From positions 31,416-95,415 of the forward strand of contig JAQIBS010000167.1 of the NCBI GenBank assembly GCA_027858965.1: a stretch of 64,000 nt of DNA, written 5' to 3'. The DNA comes from Kiritimatiellia bacterium. Lineage in GTDB: Bacteria; Verrucomicrobiota; Kiritimatiellia; RFP12; UBA1067. Each line of letters starts with the position of its first letter. Within the stretch, counting starts at the first letter, position 1. The notes under the pieces were generated by a model that saw only the letters and a program-made list of their open reading frames with translations, searched no databases and was not told where the DNA came from. The position numbers and the translations under genes are program-made. Shown here one piece after another: positions 20,435-29,531 of this stretch.

Positions 20435-21865
20435 TTATCCACGAATGTATTTAATCACATCCTCAGCGGTGTAATCAAGCGATCCATCCTTACAGAGATG
20501 GGTCACCTTGGGAAAATCATCGCCCAGCGTAACAACCGGTACGGATTTGCTTCCATCTCGCAGAGTCTGACCTAAGCCTATTGTAGCCAAAAGCGAGTTA
20601 CAAACGCAGGTGCGCCCGGCAATATTATCAGGATTGCCGCCCTTTGCAATAAAGGCAGCATCGGGTTCGGCTGGACAACGCCATCCGATCTTTCCGTCAT
20701 CCCGCTGATAGGCAGTGCGCAAATACCCCATATCACAGATTTTTTTACGTTTGGAATCGAGGACCTTATCAGAAACAGAACCTTCGATCTGAGCGACTTT
20801 AAAGGGAAACCCAGCCGGAGAGACCTGTGGATCAGTAAAGACCTTTGCTTTATCATCCAATGCAAGCTGAACCAGCTTATGACGCAATTCAGTAGTCATA
20901 CCCGACTCCATGCAAAGGGCAAAATCAGTGCCTACCTGAATTCCAGAGGCACCCTTATCCAGAGCCTTCTTCAAGCCTTCCGGCGATCCAAATCCACCGG
21001 CCAGCCAGAACGGTTTTCCGATCTTACGCAATTTTTCAAGGTTGCAGACATCGCGTGTACCGTAAATCGGCTCACCGCTTTCGGAGAGAGTCATCTTACC
21101 ACGAGGAGGGGCATTATGCCCTCCGGCAATTGAGGTCTCCACCACAAATCCATCTACTGTTCCCTCTGATTTACGAAGCAACATGGTTGCCAGAGAATCT
21201 GCCGAGATAATGGGGAGAAAACGCGGTCTGTTTAATTCAGGTACCGAAACCCCTTCTTCAATATAATCAGCGGGGTTGAAATATTTTTTACAATCGGTTT
21301 CGGGCAGTGCTCCATGAACATTGATAGTATATTCACTTTGTTCATGATTAACCAAGCACTCAATGACATTTGAAAACTCGAGAGGAATGCCGGCACCGAC
21401 AATTACAACACCGACACCAGCCAGAAGAGCCCCGTAGATTGAAGGCATATGAGGTAGCTGAATTTTTTCGAGATAGTTAATTCCCACAGGGTTGGAGTGA
21501 CCTTCGCGGGCCAGAAAGATCTCAACGTAATTTGCAACGATGCACACCTCATCAAACCACTTGCTGTTTTTCAGGGACATAACATTGAAAATTTTATAAG
21601 GAGAGTCCGATTCTTTACCTCCCTCAACAAAAAATGCATCCAAAACGCGCTGCGCCATCTTAGGAAAAAGAAAACTTGCCAGTGCACGTCGCATATCGCC
21701 GGCCAGGTCTCCATCCTGCAAACGTCGTACAAGAACCTGATCAAGGGCAGTTCCTGAAACAACACCAAGCTCGCCCAACTTAGACACGGCTTTCGCCAAC
21801 CGCCAGTTAGAGACACCAATGCCCATACCGCCCTGAATAATTTTAGGAATTGAAATATTCATCAA
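20435..21865 (-). CDS. Nitronate monooxygenase-family FMN TIM-barrel oxidoreductase, long Cys-containing form
   Basis: IIQGGMGIGVS, AGGHN, LAGG, GIQVGT; C-terminal CDMGYLR/RCPAEP/CVCN. Confidence 0.82.
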   Translation of the reverse strand: MMNISIPKIIQGGMGIGVSNWRLAKAVSKLGELGVVSGTALDQVLVRRLQDGDLAGDMRRALASFLFPKMAQRVLDAFFVEGGKESDSPYKIFNVMSLKNSKWFDEVCIVANYVEIFLAREGHSNPVGINYLEKIQLPHMPSIYGALLAGVGVVIVGAGIPLEFSNVIECLVNHEQSEYTINVHGALPETDCKKYFNPADYIEEGVSVPELNRPRFLPIISADSLATMLLRKSEGTVDGFVVETSIAGGHNAPPRGKMTLSESGEPIYGTRDVCNLEKLRKIGKPFWLAGGFGSPEGLKKALDKGASGIQVGTDFALCMESGMTTELRHKLVQLALDDKAKVFTDPQVSPAGFPFKVAQIEGSVSDKVLDSKRKKICDMGYLRTAYQRDDGKIGWRCPAEPDAAFIAKGGNPDNIAGRTCVCNSLLATIGLGQTLRDGSKSVPVVTLGDDFPKVTHLCKDGSLDYTAEDVIKYIRG

Positions 21866-22007
21866 ATAAAATCCTGCTTAAAAAATTTCGTCTATAATCT
21901 ACCTTTTCATAAAAAAGATAAGTAATATATTATCATTTTTAGCTGAAAAGTCCACTCTATTCAGATGAACTGCGGGCAATTTCTCGCTATCATACAGCGA
22001 CTTAATT

Positions 22008-22844
22008 CTATTTAACCGTATAACGGGTTGCCTTGCAAAGCGTCTTCCATAACAAAACAGGGGAATCTGCTGAAAGCAACGCCTTGCGATTCTGCTCCTT
22101 CGACAACGATTCTGTCAAGCCCGCCATCAACCGAAGATAAAAGGCGCTTACCGCTGCGGGGATAGTCATAAAAAAGACAATATTAACCTTTGAACCCTCA
22201 CCATCAAAAACAAAGCCCTCTTTTGAGGTCGCCATAGCCATCGTCAGACCACCACCTTCAACGCCGCGGACATGCGGAAACGCAATGCTGCTGCGCTCCA
22301 TTGCTGTACTCAGAACCGCCTCACGCTCCAGAGCAGATTCAATCAGCTTGTCAGGATTGGAGATATAACTTTGATCTGCCATCAAATTAGCAAGCGCAGT
22401 GATGGCTTCAGCGGCATTATTCGCTTTCACTCCGGGAAGCATCAATGTCTCTGCCGAAAAACGTGAGATTCCGGACTTACTCGGCGTAGCGCGACTCATT
22501 TTCTCTCCAACCCAGTGAGGGGCATCGCTCTCTTCAAACAAAATTCGCGCACAGCTGGGACAGTTCTGCATATTTTTACAAATCCGAACCGACTGCACCA
22601 TGCTCACAGGCAAGCGCATTCCACAAATTGAACAACAACCGTTATACATAGGGGCCATCACAATATGGTTTTTTTTATATAACCGAATGTATAGAGATTT
22701 GACATCACGCGGCAGTTTATCGGTCAGCTGGTCAATCGAATCATTCAACCGTTTCATGTGGCTGCCATCACCTGTTGCTCTATGTTCATCCCGAATGAGA
22801 ACCAATTCCTGAAGCTGACTTAAATGATTAACTAACCTCTGCAT
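22008..22844 (-). CDS. C4 zinc-ribbon plus PTS EIIA (Ntr/Fru-type) fusion protein
   Basis: Probable start MQRL at 22844 after GAGGT; CSIC..CPSC..L; REAVLST and IAFPH phospho-His motif. Confidence 0.8.
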   Translation of the reverse strand: MQRLVNHLSQLQELVLIRDEHRATGDGSHMKRLNDSIDQLTDKLPRDVKSLYIRLYKKNHIVMAPMYNGCCSICGMRLPVSMVQSVRICKNMQNCPSCARILFEESDAPHWVGEKMSRATPSKSGISRFSAETLMLPGVKANNAAEAITALANLMADQSYISNPDKLIESALEREAVLSTAMERSSIAFPHVRGVEGGGLTMAMATSKEGFVFDGEGSKVNIVFFMTIPAAVSAFYLRLMAGLTESLSKEQNRKALLSADSPVLLWKTLCKATRYTVK

Positions 22845-23007
22845 ATATACCTCATAATACTGTAAACTAAAAATCAATCGAACTACTTTTAACAAAGTGT
22901 TATTATTATCTCTTAAAAAGAATAAAAAGTCAATCTATGGCTCTCGTTTATTTGCGCAATTCAGGTCAATCTGATATACTTATTTATAAATAAATTTCGG
23001 GGGGAAA

Positions 23008-23955
23008 ATGTTATTAAAAGCGGCTTACAACCAGATGTTACTAATCAGATACTTCGAAGAGTCTATCGAAAGACTCTTTCTTGAAGGACGAGTCATGGGA
23101 ACCGCGCACACCTGCATTGGTCAGGAAGCGGTATCTGTTGGCGTAGCAACTGCGCTTCAACCGCAGGATGCCATGACTACCACCCATCGTGGACACGGAC
23201 ACTTCTTAGCTCGCGGGGCTGAACCCGCAAAAGCAATGGCGGAGCTCTTTGGCAAAAGCATTGGATACTCCAAAGGACGCGGCGGGAGCCAGATGATGAT
23301 GGCACCGGAGATGGGATTCTACGGATCCAACGGTATCACTGGTGGCAGTATTCCCTTTGCTACCGGCATAGCCTTGGATGCATCTATACGCAAAACAGAC
23401 AGAGTAAGCGCCTGTATGTTTGGCGATGGCGCCTCCAACCAGGGAGTTTTTCATGAAACACTCAATATGGCCGCTCTCTGGAAGCTGCCTGTGCTCTACA
23501 TTGTGGAAAATAACGGCTATGCCATGTCAACCTCCACTGACCAGGGGCTCGCTAATCCCTGTATCGCCGACCGGGCAAAAGCATACAACATTCCAGGCGT
23601 AACCATCAATGGAAACGATTTTGAAGAGGTATACAACTGCGTGCAGCAATACGCCGAAGCAGCCCGACAGGGCGAAGGTCCGGCTCTGATTGAATGTATG
23701 ACCTACCGTCTATCAGGACACTCACGTGGCGACCCGCGCGTCTACCGCACCCGGGAAGAAGAGCAGGAGGCCTGGAAAAGAGACCCTGTTAAAACGATGG
23801 AAAAGCAGCTACTTGAAAGAAAAGTTCTCACAGCAGCTCAAATTGAAGAGGTGCAGCAGAAAACCACAGCCATAATTGATAAAGCAATTATAACCTGTGA
23901 AAATGCCCCCCCTGCTAGTGCAGCTGAATTTCAAAACTCACTTTTTGCAGAGTAA
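23008..23955 (+). CDS. TPP-dependent dehydrogenase E1 alpha subunit (PdhA/AcoA family)
   Basis: GQEA, HRGHGH, TPP motif FGDGA..ENN, YRLSGHS. Confidence 0.92.
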   Translation: MLLKAAYNQMLLIRYFEESIERLFLEGRVMGTAHTCIGQEAVSVGVATALQPQDAMTTTHRGHGHFLARGAEPAKAMAELFGKSIGYSKGRGGSQMMMAPEMGFYGSNGITGGSIPFATGIALDASIRKTDRVSACMFGDGASNQGVFHETLNMAALWKLPVLYIVENNGYAMSTSTDQGLANPCIADRAKAYNIPGVTINGNDFEEVYNCVQQYAEAARQGEGPALIECMTYRLSGHSRGDPRVYRTREEEQEAWKRDPVKTMEKQLLERKVLTAAQIEEVQQKTTAIIDKAIITCENAPPASAAEFQNSLFAE

Positions 23956-23975
23956 TGCGCGTGCCGCGCATTACT
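23951..23975 (+). other. Perfect 11-bp stem-loop at the E1 alpha stop codon
   Basis: agtaatgcgcg-tgc-cgcgcattact; no U-tract, so not clearly a terminator. Confidence 0.55.
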
Positions 23976-24061
23976 AGATTCCATTACACGGAATTGTTTT
24001 ACAGAAGGGCCAGTTAATTAAAAGGCTTCGCCACTGATTATTAATATTACGTGAAAAATTT

Positions 24062-25039
24062 ATGAGAAATATCACCTTTACACAGATCATTCGTGAAACA
24101 CTCGAAGCCGAGCTGACACGCGATGAAACCATCTTCCTGATGGGAGAAGATATCGGAGTCTACGGAGGACCTTTTGGCGCCAGCCGTGGCCTGCTGGAAA
24201 AATTCGGTAGCGAACGCATACGGGACACCCCTATCTCAGAACAGGCTATCACCGGAATTGCAATCGGCGCAGCGGTTGCCGGTCAACGCCCGATCATAGA
24301 GATCATGTTCATGGATTTCATTACCCTTGCCGTTGACCAGATGGTTAACATGGCTGCAAAACTGCATCCCATCTACGGTCAGAACTGCCCGCTGGTACTA
24401 CGCACCACACCTGGAGCAGGACGCGGATATGGAGCCACACACTCACAATCTCTTGAACGCATCTTCTGCGGCATCCCAGGGATAAAAATAGCCGCACCAT
24501 CCAATGCACGTGATGGCTCAGCCCTCCTGCAAACAGCTATCCGCGACAACAACCCTGTTCTCTTTCTGGAGCACAAGCTTCTCTATCCGATGCGTTTTGA
24601 AGTTGACGATAAACTGCCTGAACCAACACCTTTCGGTTATGCAAAAATCACGCGTGAAGGTGAAGACCTGACAATTATAGCCTGGTCCTACATGTCGGTT
24701 CTAGCCCTGCAGGCCGCAGCAAAACTTTCCAATGATGATATTGAAGCAGAGGTAATAGATCTGCGCACCCTCGCTCCCCTGGATATAGATACAATCATAG
24801 AGTCAGTCAAATCAACCGGCCGGGTCATGATAATTGAAGAGGGCCCCCTTACCGGTGGTTTTGCAGGAGAGATCGCCGCCCAGATCACAGAACAGGCCTT
24901 TGAATATCTTGATTATCCAGTTAAACGTCTGGCTGGCGACGACCTGCCGATACCATCTGCTAAAAGCCTGGAACTCAACTGCATACCCTCGGTTGCCACA
25001 ATAACAAAAGCAGCCTCCGACCTCGCCCTCGCGGATTAA
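24062..25039 (+). CDS. TPP-dependent dehydrogenase E1 beta subunit (PdhB/AcoB family)
   Basis: GEDIGVYGG, DTPISE, EIMFMDF, HSQS, EVIDLRTL. Confidence 0.93.
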   Translation: MRNITFTQIIRETLEAELTRDETIFLMGEDIGVYGGPFGASRGLLEKFGSERIRDTPISEQAITGIAIGAAVAGQRPIIEIMFMDFITLAVDQMVNMAAKLHPIYGQNCPLVLRTTPGAGRGYGATHSQSLERIFCGIPGIKIAAPSNARDGSALLQTAIRDNNPVLFLEHKLLYPMRFEVDDKLPEPTPFGYAKITREGEDLTIIAWSYMSVLALQAAAKLSNDDIEAEVIDLRTLAPLDIDTIIESVKSTGRVMIIEEGPLTGGFAGEIAAQITEQAFEYLDYPVKRLAGDDLPIPSAKSLELNCIPSVATITKAASDLALAD

Positions 25040-25107
25040 ATGCAGAGCGCATGGAGCATGGCGCTATCTAAAACAAACAACAGAGCCGCAATAACACCTA
25101 ACAACTC

Positions 25108-25134
25108 AATCCTGTCAATCCTGTTAATCCTGTC
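25108..25134. repeat. AATCCTGT(C/T) nonamer tandem repeat before GT2 start
   Basis: aatcctgtcaatcctgttaatcctgtc. Confidence 0.75.
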
Positions 25135-25151
25135 AAAAAAACCACGCAACA

Positions 25152-26018
25152 ATGACCTACTCGTTAATAACACTATCCCACAACAAACTCGCGTGCACTC
25201 GCCGTTGCCTGTCAGCGCTGATCACAGAGTCGGTTTGCGAAGATTCATGGGAGATGATCGTTGTTGATAACGGATCAACTGACGGAAGTAAAGAATGGTG
25301 CGACACAGAGCTGAAAGCCCTCGGCAAAAAACACGAAATCCCGGTCACAGTACTGCATAATAACAGCAACATCGGCTGCTCGACAGCACGCAACCAGGCC
25401 ATTGAGGTAGCGAAAGGCAGATATCTGGTCTTCGCCGATAACGACATCTCACCGCGCACCCGCAACTGGATGCCAGCCATGCGCAAGCTCATGGACTCAG
25501 ATCCGAAAATCGGAATGGTTGGTCCTAAAATGATCTACACCTGGCAGCCTCACCCCATTCAATGCGCCGGGGTTGGCATATCCAGGCGCGGTCATGTCTG
25601 CTTTATCGGACGAGGCGAGTCCATCAGCAACCCACAGCTCAATCAGCAGCGTGAGGCACAATGCCTGATCAGCGCCTGTCTGATGATCCCCGCTGAATTA
25701 ATTGCCACCCATGGTGGTTTTGACAAGGCCTTTCACCCTGTCCAATTTGAAGATTTCGACCTTTGCTACCGACTGCGAGAGGCGGGATACACAGCGCTCT
25801 ACACCCCGGATGTTGAGATGTATCACTTTGAAAGCGTTACCACCCAAGGCACACCAACCGTACGCAATCAGGCAGTAGTTATCCGCAATGGAATCCTTTT
25901 TCAGAAACGCTGGCGTCACATGTTTACGACGGAGAACGGCCCACCTGAAGAGGACTGCCGCTGGAAGAAAATCCCCTCTGTTTCATTCAGTGATATACCA
26001 GAACTGCCGGTTTTTTAG
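25152..26018 (+). CDS. GT2-family glycosyltransferase
   Basis: VVDNGSTDG, ARNQA, DND, EDFDLCYR. Confidence 0.9.
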   Translation: MTYSLITLSHNKLACTRRCLSALITESVCEDSWEMIVVDNGSTDGSKEWCDTELKALGKKHEIPVTVLHNNSNIGCSTARNQAIEVAKGRYLVFADNDISPRTRNWMPAMRKLMDSDPKIGMVGPKMIYTWQPHPIQCAGVGISRRGHVCFIGRGESISNPQLNQQREAQCLISACLMIPAELIATHGGFDKAFHPVQFEDFDLCYRLREAGYTALYTPDVEMYHFESVTTQGTPTVRNQAVVIRNGILFQKRWRHMFTTENGPPEEDCRWKKIPSVSFSDIPELPVF

Positions 26019-26022
26019 ATCA

Positions 26023-26050
26023 GGCTTTGGGCTTTGGGCTTTGGGCTTTG
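26023..26050. repeat. GGCTTTG heptamer x4 after GT2 stop
   Basis: Perfect tandem array read directly. Confidence 0.9.
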
Positions 26051-26121
26051 GGCGGGAATGCGCTTCGCTTGAAATAAAGGGCGCGTAATTAAGGTTACAC
26101 ACACACAATCAAAGGAACGTA

Positions 26122-27405
26122 ATGAAGAACACATTCCACATTCCACTTTCCACATTTCACAATTTTCTGCATGCGCTCTGCGCTCTGCTCTTTGCAGTTT
26201 CAGCAAGCGCAGTTGCCGAAACCTGGCCACAGTTCCGCGGACCCAACGGAGATGGACTCGCCTCTGCCAAAGGCCTGCCGACTGAGTGGAGCGAAACCAA
26301 AAACATCACATGGAAAACCGCAATCCCCGGCAAAGGCCACTCATCACCTGTAATTCTCCAAGATCAGATATGGCTGACAACAGCGTTGAACAAAGGAAAA
26401 TCCCGCAATGTGCTGACTGTTGATTATGTAACAGGTAAAATCATCCGCAACAAAACCCTTTTCACAGTTGAAGAACCGGAGAAATGTCACAAAGGCAATA
26501 GCTATGCCACCCCCACCCCCGTATTGGAGGAGGACCGGATCTATGTGACCTTCGGTCCAGCCGGCACCGCCTGCCTCTCCTCTGAAACCGGAGAGGTCAT
26601 CTGGCAGAGAACCGACTTCAAGGTGACCTACTGGGATGTAGGTGCGGCCAGTTCTCCGACCTTATACAGGGACAAGCTGATCATGATCTGCGATGGCGAT
26701 AACGGTAGCGAACGCTTTGTTACCGCACTTGACAAGATGACGGGGAAAACCATCTGGAGATCCGATCGCGTGTACACAGCAGAACAACTCAAGCATATGG
26801 TTCACTCATCCTGCATCCCGCACGTTATAACAGTAGCGGGCAAGGATCAGATAATATGTCCCGGCGGCAAAATGGTTACCGCATACGATCCTGAAACAGG
26901 CAATGAGATATGGACTGTAAAATACAATAGCTGGTCGGTTGTCCCCCGTCCTCTATATGCAGATGGGCTGCTTTATATCTGTGCTGGCGTAATTAAACCG
27001 ATTATGCTCTGCATCAACCCGGCGGGAGCCAAAGGCGATATCACTGGGACAAAACACATTATATGGCAGACAAAAAAGATGGTCCCCAACATGCCCTCAC
27101 CGCTTTATATCAACAAACGCTTCTACACTATGACATCAGCCAAACTGGCCTGCCGCAAACCAAAAACCGGTGAAATCATCTGGAATGAACGTATCCCGGG
27201 GCAACATGAATCATCACCGGTTTCTGCCGAAGGAAATATCTACCTCTTCAACAAAACTGGAGGTAGCATGGTTGTCAAAGCATCCGATGATTTCCAAGCC
27301 ATCAGCACCAACAAGCTTGAGAGCGGTTGCTGGGCCTCTCCCGCAATCATCGATAAATCCCTGATTCTCCGAACCAAAACCCATCTGTACAGGATAGAAG
27401 AGTGA
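26122..27405 (+). CDS. Secreted PQQ-like beta-propeller protein
   Basis: Signal peptide ending ASA; WPQFRGP, GHSSP, repeated ALD/AYD..TG..IW blades. Confidence 0.88.
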   Translation: MKNTFHIPLSTFHNFLHALCALLFAVSASAVAETWPQFRGPNGDGLASAKGLPTEWSETKNITWKTAIPGKGHSSPVILQDQIWLTTALNKGKSRNVLTVDYVTGKIIRNKTLFTVEEPEKCHKGNSYATPTPVLEEDRIYVTFGPAGTACLSSETGEVIWQRTDFKVTYWDVGAASSPTLYRDKLIMICDGDNGSERFVTALDKMTGKTIWRSDRVYTAEQLKHMVHSSCIPHVITVAGKDQIICPGGKMVTAYDPETGNEIWTVKYNSWSVVPRPLYADGLLYICAGVIKPIMLCINPAGAKGDITGTKHIIWQTKKMVPNMPSPLYINKRFYTMTSAKLACRKPKTGEIIWNERIPGQHESSPVSAEGNIYLFNKTGGSMVVKASDDFQAISTNKLESGCWASPAIIDKSLILRTKTHLYRIEE

Positions 27406-27460
27406 AGAAGTGCGAGAGTGCGAGAGTTCTAAAGTTCTAAAGTGCTGAAGTTCTAAAGTT
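27404..27460. repeat. AGTTCTAA/AGTGCGAG octamer tandem repeat after stop codon
   Basis: gaagaagtgcgagagtgcgagagttctaaagttctaaagtgctgaagttctaaagtt; related copies at 36233, 61754, 63048. Confidence 0.8.
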
Positions 27461-27524
27461 ATCAATTTTGCAGAATGCGTCTCGTCGGACGCATCTGTGA
27501 ATCGTTACAACAATGTGCAATTTC

Positions 27525-27589
27525 AAGGTAACCCAAGCTTCCTGCTTGGCTTATCGGACGGAAAGCAAGCTGGAAGCTTGCATTACTTT
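27525..27589. repeat. REP-like inverted repeat
   Basis: aaggtaacccaagcttcctgcttg ... caagctggaagcttgcattacttt; related half at 41971-42036. Confidence 0.7.
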
Positions 27590-27703
27590 AATCCACTTTA
27601 CTTTACGCAAGAGAATACTCAACGGAAGTGAAATGCGCCCCGGCTCTTCTGCAATGAAACAATTAAACTTTGTGTCGCTGGGTCTCTGTGATAAAATCTA
27701 AAC

Positions 27704-29146
27704 ATGAAAAAACAAGCCACAGATGTTTATATAAAATCCGCTGATGAAATTGAAGCGGTTGTGCAGGATTTTATTGAACAATATCTGGGGCTAGGTAGCA
27801 TCAAACGGCTGGGGATCGCTGTTTCGAGCGGGGCCGATTCCATTGCGCTCTTTCATCTGCTGCTACCAATCTGTAAAGAGAGAGGGATCACCCCTGTTGT
27901 GATGCACCTCAACCACGGACTGCGAGCCGAATCAGAGGAGGAGGCCCTGTTTGTAACCGAACTGGCCAAATCTAATGGTCTTCTGCTGGCAACTGAAACA
28001 ATTGATCTCAGGAACCGGAAGCCCAACAATCAGTCGTTGGAGATGTCGGCCCGCAATGCCCGCCTGCGCTTCTACGGGGATTGCATGCAAAGCTGTAAGC
28101 TTGATGCCCTCGCAACAGGTCACCATGCCAATGATGTCTGCGAAACTCTTCTGCTGCGGCTCGCCCGTGGCTCCGGCATCGCCGGAATGTCAGGAATGCG
28201 ACCGGTAACGCTCTTAAAAGTTGGTGATAATCAAGAAACCAGCATCACCATTCTTCGCCCTCTTTTAAACATTGCATCCCGCGCACTGCGGGAGTGGCTT
28301 AAAAGTCGCGAGCTGACATGGCACGATGACCTCTCTAATCTGGATACCTCCATTCCACGCAATAATATTCGTCACATTGTGCTTCCCTTTCTTCGCGATA
28401 ACCTCAGCTCTGAAATTGACTCCCGGTTATGTCACTCGGCCGCCACACTACGTGAAGACGACGCCTTCCTGAACGAGCTTGCCGGCGAGAAACTCAACGC
28501 CATCAGATATGACAAATCGCTTCTGGTTCCAGCTCTGCTGAAACTGCCTCTGGCAATTCGAAGGCGAATCCTGCGCCTCTGGTTTTTCGAGCAGGATCTC
28601 GCGGCAGCCGCCGGTTTCAGATCTATCAACGATCTGCTTCTTCAATGTGAAACTGCTGATTCCAACTGGAGATTTCAACTGGCTGAAAACGTAATTGCCA
28701 AGCTGAATAACAACCTGCTATCTCTGATCAACCCCCAGACACACGAGATGCTGCCTGAGGTTGAGATAGCCCCCGATGAAACTATCCTCTGGGGCGACTT
28801 TGATATCAGAATTGAACGCTCGCAAGGCATTGAGGCACAATCGCAAGGTGTTGGATTTTTTCCAAGCTCCTGCTCCCTGGATGCAAAAAAACTCAAGGGC
28901 AAAAAACTCATCGTTCGTCAGCGTCAAACTGGCGACCGTATCAACCCCACGGGATTAAAGGGATCCAAGAAGGTCAAAGATATCTTTATTGATGCTAAAA
29001 TTCCACAGGAGGAGCGTGATGCTATTCCCATCATCGCCTGTGGAGATGATGTGCTCTGGATACCGGGCTACCGCATATCGCGGGATTATGCACTCAGTGA
29101 TGACAAAGCTGAGTCAATCCATATCACAGTGTCTAAGAGTCTTTAG
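27704..29146 (+). CDS. tilS: tRNA(Ile)-lysidine synthetase
   Basis: PP-loop AVSSGADS, NHGLR, ATGHHAND, RPLL, RNNIRH, C-terminal TilS domain. Confidence 0.93.
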   Translation: MKKQATDVYIKSADEIEAVVQDFIEQYLGLGSIKRLGIAVSSGADSIALFHLLLPICKERGITPVVMHLNHGLRAESEEEALFVTELAKSNGLLLATETIDLRNRKPNNQSLEMSARNARLRFYGDCMQSCKLDALATGHHANDVCETLLLRLARGSGIAGMSGMRPVTLLKVGDNQETSITILRPLLNIASRALREWLKSRELTWHDDLSNLDTSIPRNNIRHIVLPFLRDNLSSEIDSRLCHSAATLREDDAFLNELAGEKLNAIRYDKSLLVPALLKLPLAIRRRILRLWFFEQDLAAAAGFRSINDLLLQCETADSNWRFQLAENVIAKLNNNLLSLINPQTHEMLPEVEIAPDETILWGDFDIRIERSQGIEAQSQGVGFFPSSCSLDAKKLKGKKLIVRQRQTGDRINPTGLKGSKKVKDIFIDAKIPQEERDAIPIIACGDDVLWIPGYRISRDYALSDDKAESIHITVSKSL

Positions 29147-29531
29147 CTAGAAAAGTTTGAGGTAAAAAAATAGAGGGGTAGAAAAATTTAGCGTTTCAAG
29201 TCATCAACTTCTGCGCTTTCATTTAAAACTGTGAGCTGGATGCCGAAAAGTTCAAACCTAAAAATAAAAATAGCATTTATTGAAGTTGCGCGTCATCAGA
29301 GTATCAACGTTTACAAATTAACTGAATAAAACAACCGACACTCAGCATTCATGATTCAGCGTTTTTCAAGTCCGACCACAAATCAACACCAGCACATTCA
29401 GCCGATTAATGATAATTAGAACCAAGTCATAGGTCAAGTTGTCACATAAGGATTGACGGTGACATATAATAGCGCTAATGTAAAAAAGGTTAGACATATT
29501 TAGCAAATTAGGCTCAGTTGTTATCTTCTTC

